Below are positions 15,372 to 25,145 of a DNA stretch of 32,325 nt, one piece after another (the stretch's first letter is position 1; the number at the start of each line of letters is the position of its first letter). The translations under genes were made by a program, and so were the position numbers. The notes beneath the pieces are model-generated. The model ran no database searches, was not told where the DNA came from, and worked only from the letters and a program-made list of their open reading frames with translations. The stretch spans positions 1-32,325 of the forward strand of contig JBGAIN010000092.1 of NCBI GenBank assembly GCA_044225505.1. Direction: 5' to 3'. Source of the DNA: Limisphaerales bacterium (GTDB taxonomy: Bacteria; Verrucomicrobiota; Verrucomicrobiia; Limisphaerales; SIBE01).

Positions 15372-17972
15372 ATGGCTGGCGACGCCGAACTCACTCCCAT
15401 GATGGCTCAGTACCGGCGCATCAAGAGCGAGCTGCCCAAAGATGCGATCTTGCTGTTTCGCTTGGGAGACTTTTACGAGATGTTCTTCGAGGACGCGCAA
15501 ACGAGCGCCCAGCTTTTGAATGTTGCCCTCACGAAGCGCGGAATCGTGCCGATGTGTGGAATCCCATACCACGCGGCCTCCGGCTATATCTCTCGCCTCC
15601 TCAAAGCGGGCAAGAAGGTGGCCGTATGCGATCAGATCGAAGAGGCGCGTCCCGGACAGCTCGTGAAGCGAGGGGTGACACAGATTTTGAGCCCTGGGAC
15701 CCATTTCGACGACCGAATCCTTGCGGCCGAATCACCGAATTATCTCGCCGGGGTTTATGGATCTGCCGAACGAATCGGATTGGCAGCAGTGGATTTGACG
15801 ACGGGAGAGTTTAGGGCCACGGAGCTGAGCGGGCAGGCTGCTTTGCTCTCGGAACTGCAGAGACTGAGGCCGGCGGAAATCATCTTGCCGAGTGAAGCCA
15901 CCGCACTCCGAGCCTTGCTGCAAGGGCCATTCCCGGTATTGAGCGCCTACGAGGATTGGGTTTTCGCTCCGGAAACTTCTCAGTTCACTTTGCGCGATCA
16001 CTTTAAGGTTGCGTCGCTCGACGGATTTGGTTTTCGGAATCGACCTGCGGCCATCGGGGCGTCCGGAGCAGTGCTGCATTATTTAACCCAACATTTACGA
16101 CGAGATGTCAGCCACATCGTGCGAATCTGCTGCTACGAATGCGCCGACTATCTCGTTCTCGACGCTTTGACTCTTCGCAACTTGGAAGTTCTGGAACCGC
16201 TTCATCCGGACGCTCCGCGTGCGGCCTCGCTCTACGGTGCTCTAAACCGGACGCAAACACCCATGGGCGCGCGCCGGCTTCGCGAATGGATGAGTCAGCC
16301 GCTCCGCTCCGTGGCGGGGATTTTCCGTCGACAGGAGGCGGTGGCCGAATGGTTGGCCCACGCCGAGCTGCTTGAGCGCTTTCGCCTGGCTCTTGGCAAC
16401 ATCCGAGATTTAGAACGAACGGTCAGTCGACTGAGTATGGGGAGTGGTAGTGCTCGCGACTTAAGCACCACGCGTCTGGCACTAGAGCAAATCCCGGCGG
16501 TGAAACAGCTCCTCGGCAAACTCAGTGAACCGACATCGAGAAACGGTGCGGCGCTCAAAGATGAGATGTTTGGTGACGCTCAGCCATCAGCCAAGGTCTC
16601 CGGCCTTTTGTCGGAATTGGCAGAACGACTGTCACCTCTGCCCGCCCTCACCGATCTGTTGCGACGTGCGGTTGTCGAAGAACCACCGCCGGGAGTCAAA
16701 GAAGGTGGCATGATCCGCGATGGCTTTGACGCGCATTTGGACGAACTGCGTTGTGCTGGTCGCGAGGGGAAGGATTGGATTGCACAGCTGCAGCAGCAGG
16801 AGATCGAACGAACGGGGATTGCGTCTCTCAAAGTTCGATTCAACTCGGTATTCGGCTATTACATCGAAGTTACGAAATCGAATTTAGACAAAGTCCCACC
16901 GGAATATATTCGGAAGCAAACGGTCGCTAACGGTGAGCGCTTTTTCACTCCGGCACTGAAAGAGATGGAAGGTAAAATCCTGGGAGCGGAAGAGCGCGGC
17001 CTGAAACTGGAGTATGACCTCTTTTTGCGGCTTCGTGAGGCTGTGGTGGAATGTTTGAGCACAATCCAGCAAACGGCCCAGGCGCTTTCAGAGCTCGATG
17101 TATTGGCAAGTTTCGCGGAAAGCGCCCGTCTCTACGGGTATTGCCGGCCCCGCGTCGAGGCGGAAGGTATCCTGGAAATTCGGGATGGTCGGCATCCCGT
17201 TCTAGATCAGGCATTGGCGGAAGAGCGGTTTGTGGCGAACGACGTCGAGCTTGACTTAACGACTCGCCAGATTGCCCTAATTACCGGCCCCAATATGGCT
17301 GGCAAAAGCACCTACATTCGCCAGGTCGCGCTGTTAACTTTGTTGGCGCACACCGGATCTTTTCTGCCAGCTTCGGCCGCGCGAGTGGACTTGGTCGATC
17401 GAATCTACACTCGAATTGGAGCAAGCGACGACTTGGCTCGAGGGCAATCGACGTTTATGGTGGAGATGACCGAAACGGCCAACATCCTGAATAGTGCCAC
17501 GCGCGACAGTCTAATCATCCTGGACGAAATTGGTCGCGGAACGAGCACGTTCGACGGCCTGAGTTTGGCCTGGTCGATCGTTGAGTTCCTCCATAATCAA
17601 GTTGGGGCCAAAGCCCTATTTGCGACCCACTATCACGAGCTGACCGAGCTGGCTGGACGTCTGACTCGACTGCAGAACTTCAACGTCGCCGTGCGTGAAT
17701 GGAATGACCAGATCGTCTTCCTCCGCAAGATTCTTTCTGGCGGCACGGATAAGAGTTATGGGCTACAGGTTGCACGCCTGGCCGGTGTGCCGAGCGCCGT
17801 GCTGTCTCGAGCCAAAGAGATCCTATCGAACCTTGAAGAGTCTGAGCTAACGCCAGAAGGCAAGGTCCGCCACTCGGTTCGGCACAAAGCCGAACGCGAG
17901 AAACTGCAGAAGCTTGCACCTCCCGCTCAGCTTGACCTGTTTTCAGGAGCCAGTGGCGATCGAGCGCGATAG
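15372..17972 (+). CDS. mutS: DNA mismatch repair protein MutS
   Basis: TPMMAQY, GDFYEMF, ITGPNMAGKSTY, STFMVEM, DEIGRGTS, FATHYHEL, SYGLQVARLAG. Confidence 0.98.
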   Translation: MAGDAELTPMMAQYRRIKSELPKDAILLFRLGDFYEMFFEDAQTSAQLLNVALTKRGIVPMCGIPYHAASGYISRLLKAGKKVAVCDQIEEARPGQLVKRGVTQILSPGTHFDDRILAAESPNYLAGVYGSAERIGLAAVDLTTGEFRATELSGQAALLSELQRLRPAEIILPSEATALRALLQGPFPVLSAYEDWVFAPETSQFTLRDHFKVASLDGFGFRNRPAAIGASGAVLHYLTQHLRRDVSHIVRICCYECADYLVLDALTLRNLEVLEPLHPDAPRAASLYGALNRTQTPMGARRLREWMSQPLRSVAGIFRRQEAVAEWLAHAELLERFRLALGNIRDLERTVSRLSMGSGSARDLSTTRLALEQIPAVKQLLGKLSEPTSRNGAALKDEMFGDAQPSAKVSGLLSELAERLSPLPALTDLLRRAVVEEPPPGVKEGGMIRDGFDAHLDELRCAGREGKDWIAQLQQQEIERTGIASLKVRFNSVFGYYIEVTKSNLDKVPPEYIRKQTVANGERFFTPALKEMEGKILGAEERGLKLEYDLFLRLREAVVECLSTIQQTAQALSELDVLASFAESARLYGYCRPRVEAEGILEIRDGRHPVLDQALAEERFVANDVELDLTTRQIALITGPNMAGKSTYIRQVALLTLLAHTGSFLPASAARVDLVDRIYTRIGASDDLARGQSTFMVEMTETANILNSATRDSLIILDEIGRGTSTFDGLSLAWSIVEFLHNQVGAKALFATHYHELTELAGRLTRLQNFNVAVREWNDQIVFLRKILSGGTDKSYGLQVARLAGVPSAVLSRAKEILSNLEESELTPEGKVRHSVRHKAEREKLQKLAPPAQLDLFSGASGDRAR

Positions 17973-17973
17973 T

Positions 17974-18255
17974 TCAAGTCGCGAGCTGGTTGACCTTGGC
18001 GGCGAGGTCAAAATCCTTCGTGGTCAAACCGCCGGCGTCGTGAGTCGTGAGCGTCAGCGTGACTTGGCGATAGCGAATTTCGAAATCCGGATGGTGATTC
18101 GCGCGTTCCGCTAATTTGGCAACGGCGGTGACAAACCTGATAGCTCGCGGGAAGTCGTCCAACTCAATTGTCCGCACCAACTTTGCCCCACGCCTTTGCC
18201 AGCCAGGAATCTTGAGCAACGCGGCCTTAACCTCGGCAGCTTTCAACTTGGTCAT
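17974..18255 (-). CDS. phhB: Pterin-4-alpha-carbinolamine dehydratase
   Basis: AERANHHPD and LTTHDAGGLTTKDF motifs, 93 aa. Confidence 0.92.
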   Translation of the reverse strand: MTKLKAAEVKAALLKIPGWQRRGAKLVRTIELDDFPRAIRFVTAVAKLAERANHHPDFEIRYRQVTLTLTTHDAGGLTTKDFDLAAKVNQLAT

Positions 18256-18385
18256 AGGATACTCATCTCATTGAATAAACGATTTGACCAATGGGAAACG
18301 TGCGTGAAAGCGAATGCTCTCGATCGTTCTGCGGCCTAGAGTCGGCATACCTGGACCAGTCGCCTCCGATGACACCGCCAAGACG

Positions 18386-18822
18386 TCACCGCGGAAGGGA
18401 CCAAATGACGTAAACCCAGTTGGCGACGGACGCGGCGGCAAGTAGAGCGAGACTTTTCTGGCGTTGGAGATTCCTCCCGAGCCATGCCGTCGAGTATTGC
18501 GCTAAACGGGGATTCAAGAAACCAACCAGCATCCAGAGCCCCATCGCGAGCCACGTCGACGCGGTCAGCGGGTTGAGCCGAATGGCCCCGGTCAGATCGA
18601 GATGAGACCAGGCAATCAGACTGCGCGTGCTGCCACAAAGCGGACAAGGATCCCGGTGCGCCCGGCTACACGGCACACGGCAAGGTCACGGACCACTGCT
18701 CGATAACCCTTGCCGCCAGCAAAGTGGCGACCCAGACGACTAGAGCGTCCAAGGGGACAGCATCGAAGGCGCAGCGGTCGAAGGGGAACTGTCCGAGCCG
18801 TCGATACGGGAGGAGGATTCAT
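18386..18822 (-). CDS. DUF2752-family membrane protein, frameshifted in this sequence
   Basis: CPLCGSTRS...AIRLNPL...NWVY. The TGI(P) preceding CPLCG lies in another frame near 18650 and the N-terminus needs further shifts. Probable ATG 18822 overlaps the previous stop. Confidence 0.65.
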
Positions 18823-19145
18823 GGCTTACGGAACAGAGCGAGACCCCGTGGCCAGCGACCAACCCTATGCCGCCAGGAAACCACAATCCCCAGCACGACC
18901 AGAAGGTAAGGCGCTCGGTCAGCCGGAAACTCGAAGGTGTGCGCCCAGGCCAAGGCGATCTGAACTAGGCCTATCAGCGTCAAGCAGAAGCCTCCAAGAC
19001 CCAGCGGAATCTGAATGTAACCGACCTTTCGTTTGGCCATCAACGAGCCCAAGCCAGGCAGGACCAGCAGATTCGTGATCAAGTAGGACCACGCTTTGGA
19101 GCGGTCAATAGGAGGTTGATCCTGGTCCGCCGAAAATGTCTTCAT
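18819..19145 (-). CDS. Small membrane protein with NLLVLPGLGS motif (TM2-like); probable compensating indels near the C-terminus
   Basis: AWSYLITNLLVLPGLGSLMAKRKVGYIQ plus hydrophobic helices; fills the gap in a co-oriented cluster. Start uncertain. Confidence 0.6.
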   Translation of the reverse strand: MKTFSADQDQPPIDRSKAWSYLITNLLVLPGLGSLMAKRKVGYIQIPLGLGGFCLTLIGLVQIALAWAHTFEFPADRAPYLLVVLGIVVSWRHRVGRWPRGLALFRKP

Positions 19146-20034
19146 ACGCGTAAAGAAGCACTCCGAAGGCGATCGGCAAGGAAGCGGCCAACCCAATGCA
19201 ACAGGCCAGAAATCCGGCTAAGCTGATCAGTGCCACCACAATGAGCAGGCAAAACACCATCCACCATTGCTTCGTGACAGTCTTTCGGCTCAACTCCATG
19301 GCGGCCCAGAAACCCAAGCCTCGATCGGCGATGAGAGGCACCGTGAAAATCCAGGCCACCGACAGATAAATGCCAGGAACAACGCACGCCAGAAGACCAA
19401 GGACCGTGAGCAGCTGAACAACCACTCCGGCCAATGCCAGCTGCGGAAGAGACGTTGTAAACCCGCTGAACACATCGCCGATTCCAGCGGGTCGGCCGCG
19501 CATTAAATTGAGCATGAGCTGATAGAGCCCTCCTGATAAAATCGCCGTCAAAGCCATCTCGGGAATGTTCCAGAGCATTATGAGCAGAATAGGAGCTAGG
19601 CTGACATTTCCTGCCATCAATGACTCTACCATCGAACGAGTGTACATGGCGATGAGCTGGTTCAAGCCCCCAATCACCACCAGGAAAATGAGCGTTCCGG
19701 CAATCAGGACGCCAAAATTCACTTGGAACAGTTTCCAACTGCGAACCACGCAATTCGCGATGTCCAAGCTCTGGCCCATCGCGGGGCGGGCAAGTGGATC
19801 GAGAGCTTGAGCTGGGGGCGTCGTCCCAGCGGTTGCCGCCCCTGGAAACGCGGCTGCTTGAGCGCGTAGTGCGTCCGCGAAGTCCGCGAAATTAGAGAGC
19901 GCTTGCCAGCCAGACTCGCCCTCCGGTTGAACCAAAGTAGCGCCGTTGGCTCGGCCTTCGATGATCCATTGCCGAATTTGATCCGCATTGACCGGTCCGT
20001 ACTCCCGTTGGTCTGCTCCGATGATTTTATACAT
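19105..20034 (-). CDS. GYF_2/DUF4339 domain fused to a multi-TM domain
   Basis: MYKIIGADQREYGPV..QIRQWIIEGR...WQALS; membrane region GDVFSGF, PGIYLSV, GFWAAMELSRK. Confidence 0.82.
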   Translation of the reverse strand: MYKIIGADQREYGPVNADQIRQWIIEGRANGATLVQPEGESGWQALSNFADFADALRAQAAAFPGAATAGTTPPAQALDPLARPAMGQSLDIANCVVRSWKLFQVNFGVLIAGTLIFLVVIGGLNQLIAMYTRSMVESLMAGNVSLAPILLIMLWNIPEMALTAILSGGLYQLMLNLMRGRPAGIGDVFSGFTTSLPQLALAGVVVQLLTVLGLLACVVPGIYLSVAWIFTVPLIADRGLGFWAAMELSRKTVTKQWWMVFCLLIVVALISLAGFLACCIGLAASLPIAFGVLLYAYEDIFGGPGSTSY

Positions 20035-20071
20035 GCGAGTTCGCGATTGAATTCACCAGCTTGTCACCGCT

Positions 20072-20569
20072 CTAAAAGTGACCTTGAAAATGCCGAAGAC
20101 CTTGCCGCAACAAACCACTGAACACCAAAATGGCAAACAGAATATAGCCCAAGATGGCAATCGCAATTCCCGCCAAAGCCACCCCTTTTCCAGTATATCG
20201 GGTGGGGGCATCGTTGATTTGCGACAAACTGATCGCCGATAAGATCAATCCCAGGGTAGAAAAAATTGGTCCGCAGCAAAACAGTCCCAGGATGCTACAA
20301 CAGAGCCCCCCGATCGCGAGCCCATTCGTATTGGGTGGAAGGTTGCTCCCACCACTCGACAAAGGAAGAGGGGGAGGGGATCCAACAGGAGGCGGGCTCG
20401 AGCCCAGCATCGAAGCAAACTGGGGAAACGTTGACAGAGGCTTCCATGGACCGTCTTCGAAACGCGCGATAGTCTGCCCGTTAGCTCGACCTTCGGTGAT
20501 CCATTGCCTGAGCTGTTCCTCCGTTATCGGACCATACTCCTTCTGGTCAGCTCCGACGATCTTGTACAT
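20072..20569 (-). CDS. GYF_2/DUF4339 plus Pro linker plus DUF4190 membrane protein
   Basis: MYKIVGADQKEYGP; PPPVGSPPPLP; TNGLAIGGL..SILG...ISLSQI...GKGVALAGI. Confidence 0.85.
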   Translation of the reverse strand: MYKIVGADQKEYGPITEEQLRQWITEGRANGQTIARFEDGPWKPLSTFPQFASMLGSSPPPVGSPPPLPLSSGGSNLPPNTNGLAIGGLCCSILGLFCCGPIFSTLGLILSAISLSQINDAPTRYTGKGVALAGIAIAILGYILFAILVFSGLLRQGLRHFQGHF

Positions 20570-20709
20570 ATTGCGGAGTCTCGAGAAAACCCTATGCCAC
20601 GTCAAGTGTGCCTGTCGGACATGCTACCGCCCGTTTTAGCTCAGCTCCTTTTCCATTGAGTGCGGACATAGTCGCTTTAATGTGGGGTGTCATGCACATG
20701 AGGAATTGG

Positions 20710-21189
20710 ATGACCAAATCGGCTTTGCCTGAGCTCTTGGTGCTTTATCTGGTCCTTGGAGGATGTTGTGCCGGCTGTCGAACCCAACCAACTCGACGCC
20801 CAAACTATCCCGTAGCGCCGATGTCAGCCGACGTGGCCGCCGAGGTGACGACAGAGTTCCAACAGTCGGTGGCCTACTGGAACGCCGGTAATCTGGACGG
20901 TTTTTTGGAAATCTATGCGGAAAGCGCGACGTTCGCTCTGCCCGAGTCTCTCCTCGTCGGGCGGCGAGCGATTCGGGAATTCTATGCACCTAACTTCGCC
21001 CCGCGTGCTTCACGGCTGGAGCTGAGCTTTGAGCAGATCGACGTCGCTGTGCTCGCTCCGGACGCAGTGCTGGTGCGCGGTATCTACCGCAACCGTGACA
21101 ACGGCCAGGTAGTGAGACGTGGGACAACGACCTTGATCATGCGCCGGGTTGGGGGGCCGTGGAGGATCATTCACGATCATTCCAGTTAA
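20710..21189 (+). CDS. NTF2/SnoaL-like (DUF4440-type) exported protein, possible lipoprotein
   Basis: WNAGNLDGFLEIY, GRRAIREFY, WRIIHDHSS; hydrophobic N-terminus with CAGC. Start uncertain (20692/20698/20710). Confidence 0.8.
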   Translation: MTKSALPELLVLYLVLGGCCAGCRTQPTRRPNYPVAPMSADVAAEVTTEFQQSVAYWNAGNLDGFLEIYAESATFALPESLLVGRRAIREFYAPNFAPRASRLELSFEQIDVAVLAPDAVLVRGIYRNRDNGQVVRRGTTTLIMRRVGGPWRIIHDHSS

Positions 21190-21364
21190 CCGAACGCGTT
21201 CGCGGTCCGGCGCGACAGCGGTGAACGGACGGGCTTAAACGGCCGTATGGGCCAACGAAGCTCCTTGCCACTGGCGGACTTTTCTGAAATAACCAGGTCA
21301 TAGCGTTGCTCGTCGAATTTGCCTTAGCCCCAGCTCTTTGGACGCAGCGGCGTCTATTGTCGTT

Positions 21365-23923
21365 GTGAAAACTTCACCTCGTGTTGCGATTCGGCATTGT
21401 CCTGGAACGTCTATCCTTTCCTCCTGTCTGCGCAGAGTGTTCCTTGGGTTCCTCTTACTCTTCCAACTTTCGTGGTTGGGATTTTCAACCGCGGCCGGAC
21501 CGGCGCCAAGCGCCAGTTTGCTGACCTCATTCCGCGACGGACCGATGGCAAACGTGCAAACGGTGGCTTTTGCCGCACGCAAAATGAATGAAACGGATGG
21601 GCATTGGTATGCCAATCTCGGCTACTATGCTCATGACCCGGCTCGCAAGGCCTGGCGGGAGGGGGCCAAGTTATACGCCTGGAACGTGGTCACGAGCAAC
21701 TTGACGGAACTGCTGAATGACCCGTTGGGTGGAATCCGTGATCCGCAGGTCTCTTATGACGGGCGGAAAGTGCTGTTTTCCTATCGCAAAGGCGGGACCG
21801 AAAACTACTTGCTCTACGAGCTCAATGCGGATGGAACCGGCCTGCGGCAGTTGACGACCGGGGCTTTCGACGATATCGAGCCTACCTACCTCCCAGACGG
21901 TGACATTGTGTTTGTTTCGACACGCTGCAAGCGTTGGGTTAACTGTTGGTTGACCCAGGTCGCAGTCCTCCATCGATGCGATGCGAATGGCCAAGGCGTG
22001 CGGCCAATCTCCAGCAACAACGAACAGGACAATACTCCCTGGCCGCTGCCAGACGGGCGAATTCTCTACACTCGTTGGGAATACGTCGATCGCAGCCAGG
22101 TAGACTATCACCACCTCTGGGCCGCTAATCCGGACGGATCAGCCCAGATGGTCTGGTTCGGCAATCTCCAACCGGGCATCGTTATGATCGACGCCAAACC
22201 GATCCCCAACTCCGACCAAGTGCTGGCCATTTTTTCACCTGGACACGGGCAGCGTGAGCACGCTGGCACCGTTACGATCGTCGATCCGCGCGCCGGACCG
22301 GACGCGGCTGGATTTGCCCGGCCTGTCAGTCGTGGCAACCAGTTTCGAGATCCGTGGGCGTTTTCCGAACACTGCTTTATGGCAGCCCGAAATGCTTCCT
22401 TGGTCCTTCTGGATGACCACGGCAAGGAAGAGACGGTCTTTTCTTTGCCAACGGACGATGTCCGCGCCGGGATGCATCTTCACGAGCCCCGCCCGCTAGT
22501 GGAAAGATCCAGGGAAGTTGTCGTGGCAGACCGGGTTAACCTTCATCAGGCGACCGGACGGTTGATTTTGGGCGACATCTATGAAGGACGCAACATGACC
22601 GGTATCCCGCGCGGCGAGATCAAGCGTCTGCTCGTCCTCGAAACCCTACCCATGCCTATTCATTACACCGGTGGAATGGACCCGATCAGTTATGGGGGCA
22701 CATTTACATTGGAACGGATCGTCGGCACGGTGCCCGTCGAGCCGGACGGTTCGGCATATCTTGAACTACCTGCGTTGCGGAGCTTCTTTTTTGTCGCCCT
22801 GGATAAGGACGAGCGATCCGTCAAACGGATGCAGAGTTTCTTGACCGTGCAACCGGGCGAAACGACGAGCTGTGTTGGCTGTCACGAGCAGCGTACCCAA
22901 ACCCCGGCGATGATCGCATCGCGCCTCGTCCCAATGGCCACCCGCCGGCCGCCGAGTGTGATCGAACCGATTCCGGACATTCCCGAGGTCATTGATTTTC
23001 CGCGTGACGTGCAACCGATCCTCAATTCCCTATGTGTCGACTGTCACGGTTACGAAAAGACGGCCAAAGGAGGGCCACGGGCAGGTCGACTGATTCTCGC
23101 GGGCGATCGTGGCCCGATGTTCAGTCATAGTTATTACATGCTGACCATTGCTCGCTTGTTTTCCGACGGACGCAATCAGCCCCGCAGCAACTATGCGCCG
23201 CGCGAACTCGGCTCTTCGGCAAGTCGCTTGCTGCGGTTGGTAGACGGCTCGCATTATGGAGCCAAAGCACGCCCACGCGAACTTAAGATGCTTCGCCTAT
23301 GGATCGAATCCGGAGCTGCCTACCCGGGAACTTATGCCGCCCTGGGAACGGGAATGATCGGAGCCTACGCGGAGAACCAACTGGTGGAGACCGATACTCA
23401 CTGGCCAACGACTCAGGCTGGAGCGGAGGTGATTTCTCGACGTTGCGCCCATTGCCACGAAGCGCCCGAACGACTTTTGCCCAAGACTCTCTCCGACGAG
23501 CGAGGCGTGTCGTTCTGGCAACCCAGCATGGGTGATCCTCGGCTGAACACCAGCCGCCACATTGTCTTTAATCTGTCTCGACCCGAAAAATCGTTGCTTC
23601 TCCTTGCTCCGCTCAGCAACCAGGCAGGCGGATGGGGCCTCTGCCGCGCGACCAACGCAACGACATCCGCTGCGGTGTTTTCCGACACCGGGGATCCGGA
23701 TTATCAAATCCTCCTCGGGATGTGCAAGGCCGGGCAAGGTCAGCTTGACCGAATCACCCGCTTCGACGTCCCTTCCTTTCAACCTCGCTCAGATTGGGTG
23801 CGGGAGATGAAGCGCTACGGAATTCTGAAGGCCGACTCGCCGCCCGTGCAGGGAGCGGATGTCTACGATATCGAGCGAAGATACTGGGAGTCGCTTTGGT
23901 TCCGGCCCAAACAGGGTGGCTAG
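21365..23923 (+). CDS. Exported beta-propeller / HzsA-related c-type heme protein
   Basis: TolB-like repeats (SYDGRKVLFS, ADGTGLRQLT, PTYLPDGDIVFVSTR, ILYTRWEY); GTVPVEPDGSAY...MQSF...PGETTSCVGCHE; further CVDCH and CAHCH. Start uncertain (track 21338). Confidence 0.8.
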   Translation: MKTSPRVAIRHCPGTSILSSCLRRVFLGFLLLFQLSWLGFSTAAGPAPSASLLTSFRDGPMANVQTVAFAARKMNETDGHWYANLGYYAHDPARKAWREGAKLYAWNVVTSNLTELLNDPLGGIRDPQVSYDGRKVLFSYRKGGTENYLLYELNADGTGLRQLTTGAFDDIEPTYLPDGDIVFVSTRCKRWVNCWLTQVAVLHRCDANGQGVRPISSNNEQDNTPWPLPDGRILYTRWEYVDRSQVDYHHLWAANPDGSAQMVWFGNLQPGIVMIDAKPIPNSDQVLAIFSPGHGQREHAGTVTIVDPRAGPDAAGFARPVSRGNQFRDPWAFSEHCFMAARNASLVLLDDHGKEETVFSLPTDDVRAGMHLHEPRPLVERSREVVVADRVNLHQATGRLILGDIYEGRNMTGIPRGEIKRLLVLETLPMPIHYTGGMDPISYGGTFTLERIVGTVPVEPDGSAYLELPALRSFFFVALDKDERSVKRMQSFLTVQPGETTSCVGCHEQRTQTPAMIASRLVPMATRRPPSVIEPIPDIPEVIDFPRDVQPILNSLCVDCHGYEKTAKGGPRAGRLILAGDRGPMFSHSYYMLTIARLFSDGRNQPRSNYAPRELGSSASRLLRLVDGSHYGAKARPRELKMLRLWIESGAAYPGTYAALGTGMIGAYAENQLVETDTHWPTTQAGAEVISRRCAHCHEAPERLLPKTLSDERGVSFWQPSMGDPRLNTSRHIVFNLSRPEKSLLLLAPLSNQAGGWGLCRATNATTSAAVFSDTGDPDYQILLGMCKAGQGQLDRITRFDVPSFQPRSDWVREMKRYGILKADSPPVQGADVYDIERRYWESLWFRPKQGG

Positions 23924-23979
23924 TTCCGTGTGCATGGTTGCCTAAAAGGGCGCCCTCCACGCCGTCCCGACTGCGAAGG

Positions 23980-24468
23980 TCAAGGCGCTTTCCAAAGGTC
24001 TTTCAAGTCGGGATCATGCGCCGCCAACTGCATCACTTCGGCCTCGCTCCCTAACGCGGAGGCCAGCTGCAGAAACTGGCGCGCCTGGGGCAATCGCCCG
24101 GTCAAACAGGCGTAACATGCAGCGTCGTAGTAAAGCGGCCAGTGCTTGGGAAAACGGGTTATTTTGGAGATAGCCAGGTCGTATGCCTCCTGAATCCGAG
24201 ACGTGTAATAAAAAGTCTGAGCCAGAGCGGTCCAGGCTCGGGGATCGTCCGGAGCATGTTCCGTGAGTTCCCGTGCAAGGTCGTAGCAAGCCGTCCACTC
24301 TTTGGTCTTGCGATGAATCTGCCATCTCAAGTGGAGAACATCAGGATGCCGATGGGAATCGGATCTGATTTGCCCTAGCTCCGCCTGCGCTTCGGTTGGA
24401 TTTCCCAACTCGAGCCAACCTTCGGCGGCGCGAAGACAGTGCTGGTCGGCCGGAGGCAACGAATCCAT
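23980..24468 (-). CDS. TPR protein
   Basis: AAEGWLELGN, APDDPRAWTALAQTFYY, YYDAACYACLTG...DPDLKDLW. Alternative start at 24480. Confidence 0.82.
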   Translation of the reverse strand: MDSLPPADQHCLRAAEGWLELGNPTEAQAELGQIRSDSHRHPDVLHLRWQIHRKTKEWTACYDLARELTEHAPDDPRAWTALAQTFYYTSRIQEAYDLAISKITRFPKHWPLYYDAACYACLTGRLPQARQFLQLASALGSEAEVMQLAAHDPDLKDLWKAP

Positions 24469-24618
24469 TAGCAGCAGCATAACCTCCTTGCTTTGAACAG
24501 CAAGTAAAACGGAATCTCCCAACGTGAGTCCTTGGAGTCCCGAGCTGTCGCCCCCGCTGAAAGCGCCGCACTCCGTTTGGTTTGTCAAAGCTCTCAAGGT
24601 CGGCTATGGCGTAGTCCC

Positions 24619-24990
24619 ATGCCGAAACTCATCCCGACCCCGACACGCATCACGGCCGCAGGCACACCGCCGAAACTCATCGAGGAGTTCGTCGGCCGAG
24701 TCAACAACGGCGAAACCCGGCTCAGCATCGCGCGCATGACAAGTCCAAGTGGGTGGATTGAACCGGGACAGACGCCGGAGTTCGACGAGTTCACGGTGGT
24801 GCTGAAAGGCGGGCTTCAAGTCCGGCACGCAAGTGGGATAATCGAAGTGTCCGCAGGGCAAGCGGTCCTAACGCGCGCCGGGGAGTGGGTTCAGTACAGC
24901 ACCCCTCATCCCGAGGGAGCGGAATACCTGGCGATTTGCCTTCCGGCTTTCGCTCCGCAGACGGTCCATCGCGACGCGGAAAAGGGGTGA
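24619..24990 (+). CDS. Cupin-fold protein
   Basis: PKLIEEFVGRVN, EPGQTPEFDEFTVVLKG, EWVQYSTP, ICLPAFAP. Confidence 0.85.
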   Translation: MPKLIPTPTRITAAGTPPKLIEEFVGRVNNGETRLSIARMTSPSGWIEPGQTPEFDEFTVVLKGGLQVRHASGIIEVSAGQAVLTRAGEWVQYSTPHPEGAEYLAICLPAFAPQTVHRDAEKG

Positions 24991-25119
24991 GGCACACGGT
25001 GTGCTCACGGACTAGGGCGAGCTGAGCCGGAGGTTTCCAAGTCGTTCGCCGGCCTCGGGCAACCGGTTTGCTTTCACCAGAGTTCGAGCACCTGGCTCGA
25101 CCCCATCCTCGTCATTGGA

Positions 25120-25145
25120 GTGATCCTCCAGTGATCCTCCAGTGA
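25120..25145. repeat. Short tandem duplication (gtgatcctcca)x2
   Basis: gtgatcctcca gtgatcctcca gtga. Confidence 0.7.

Noticed and set aside
21365..23923. Anammox hydrazine synthase function
   Set aside because: No beta/gamma subunit genes in the window and the context is not anammox-like.
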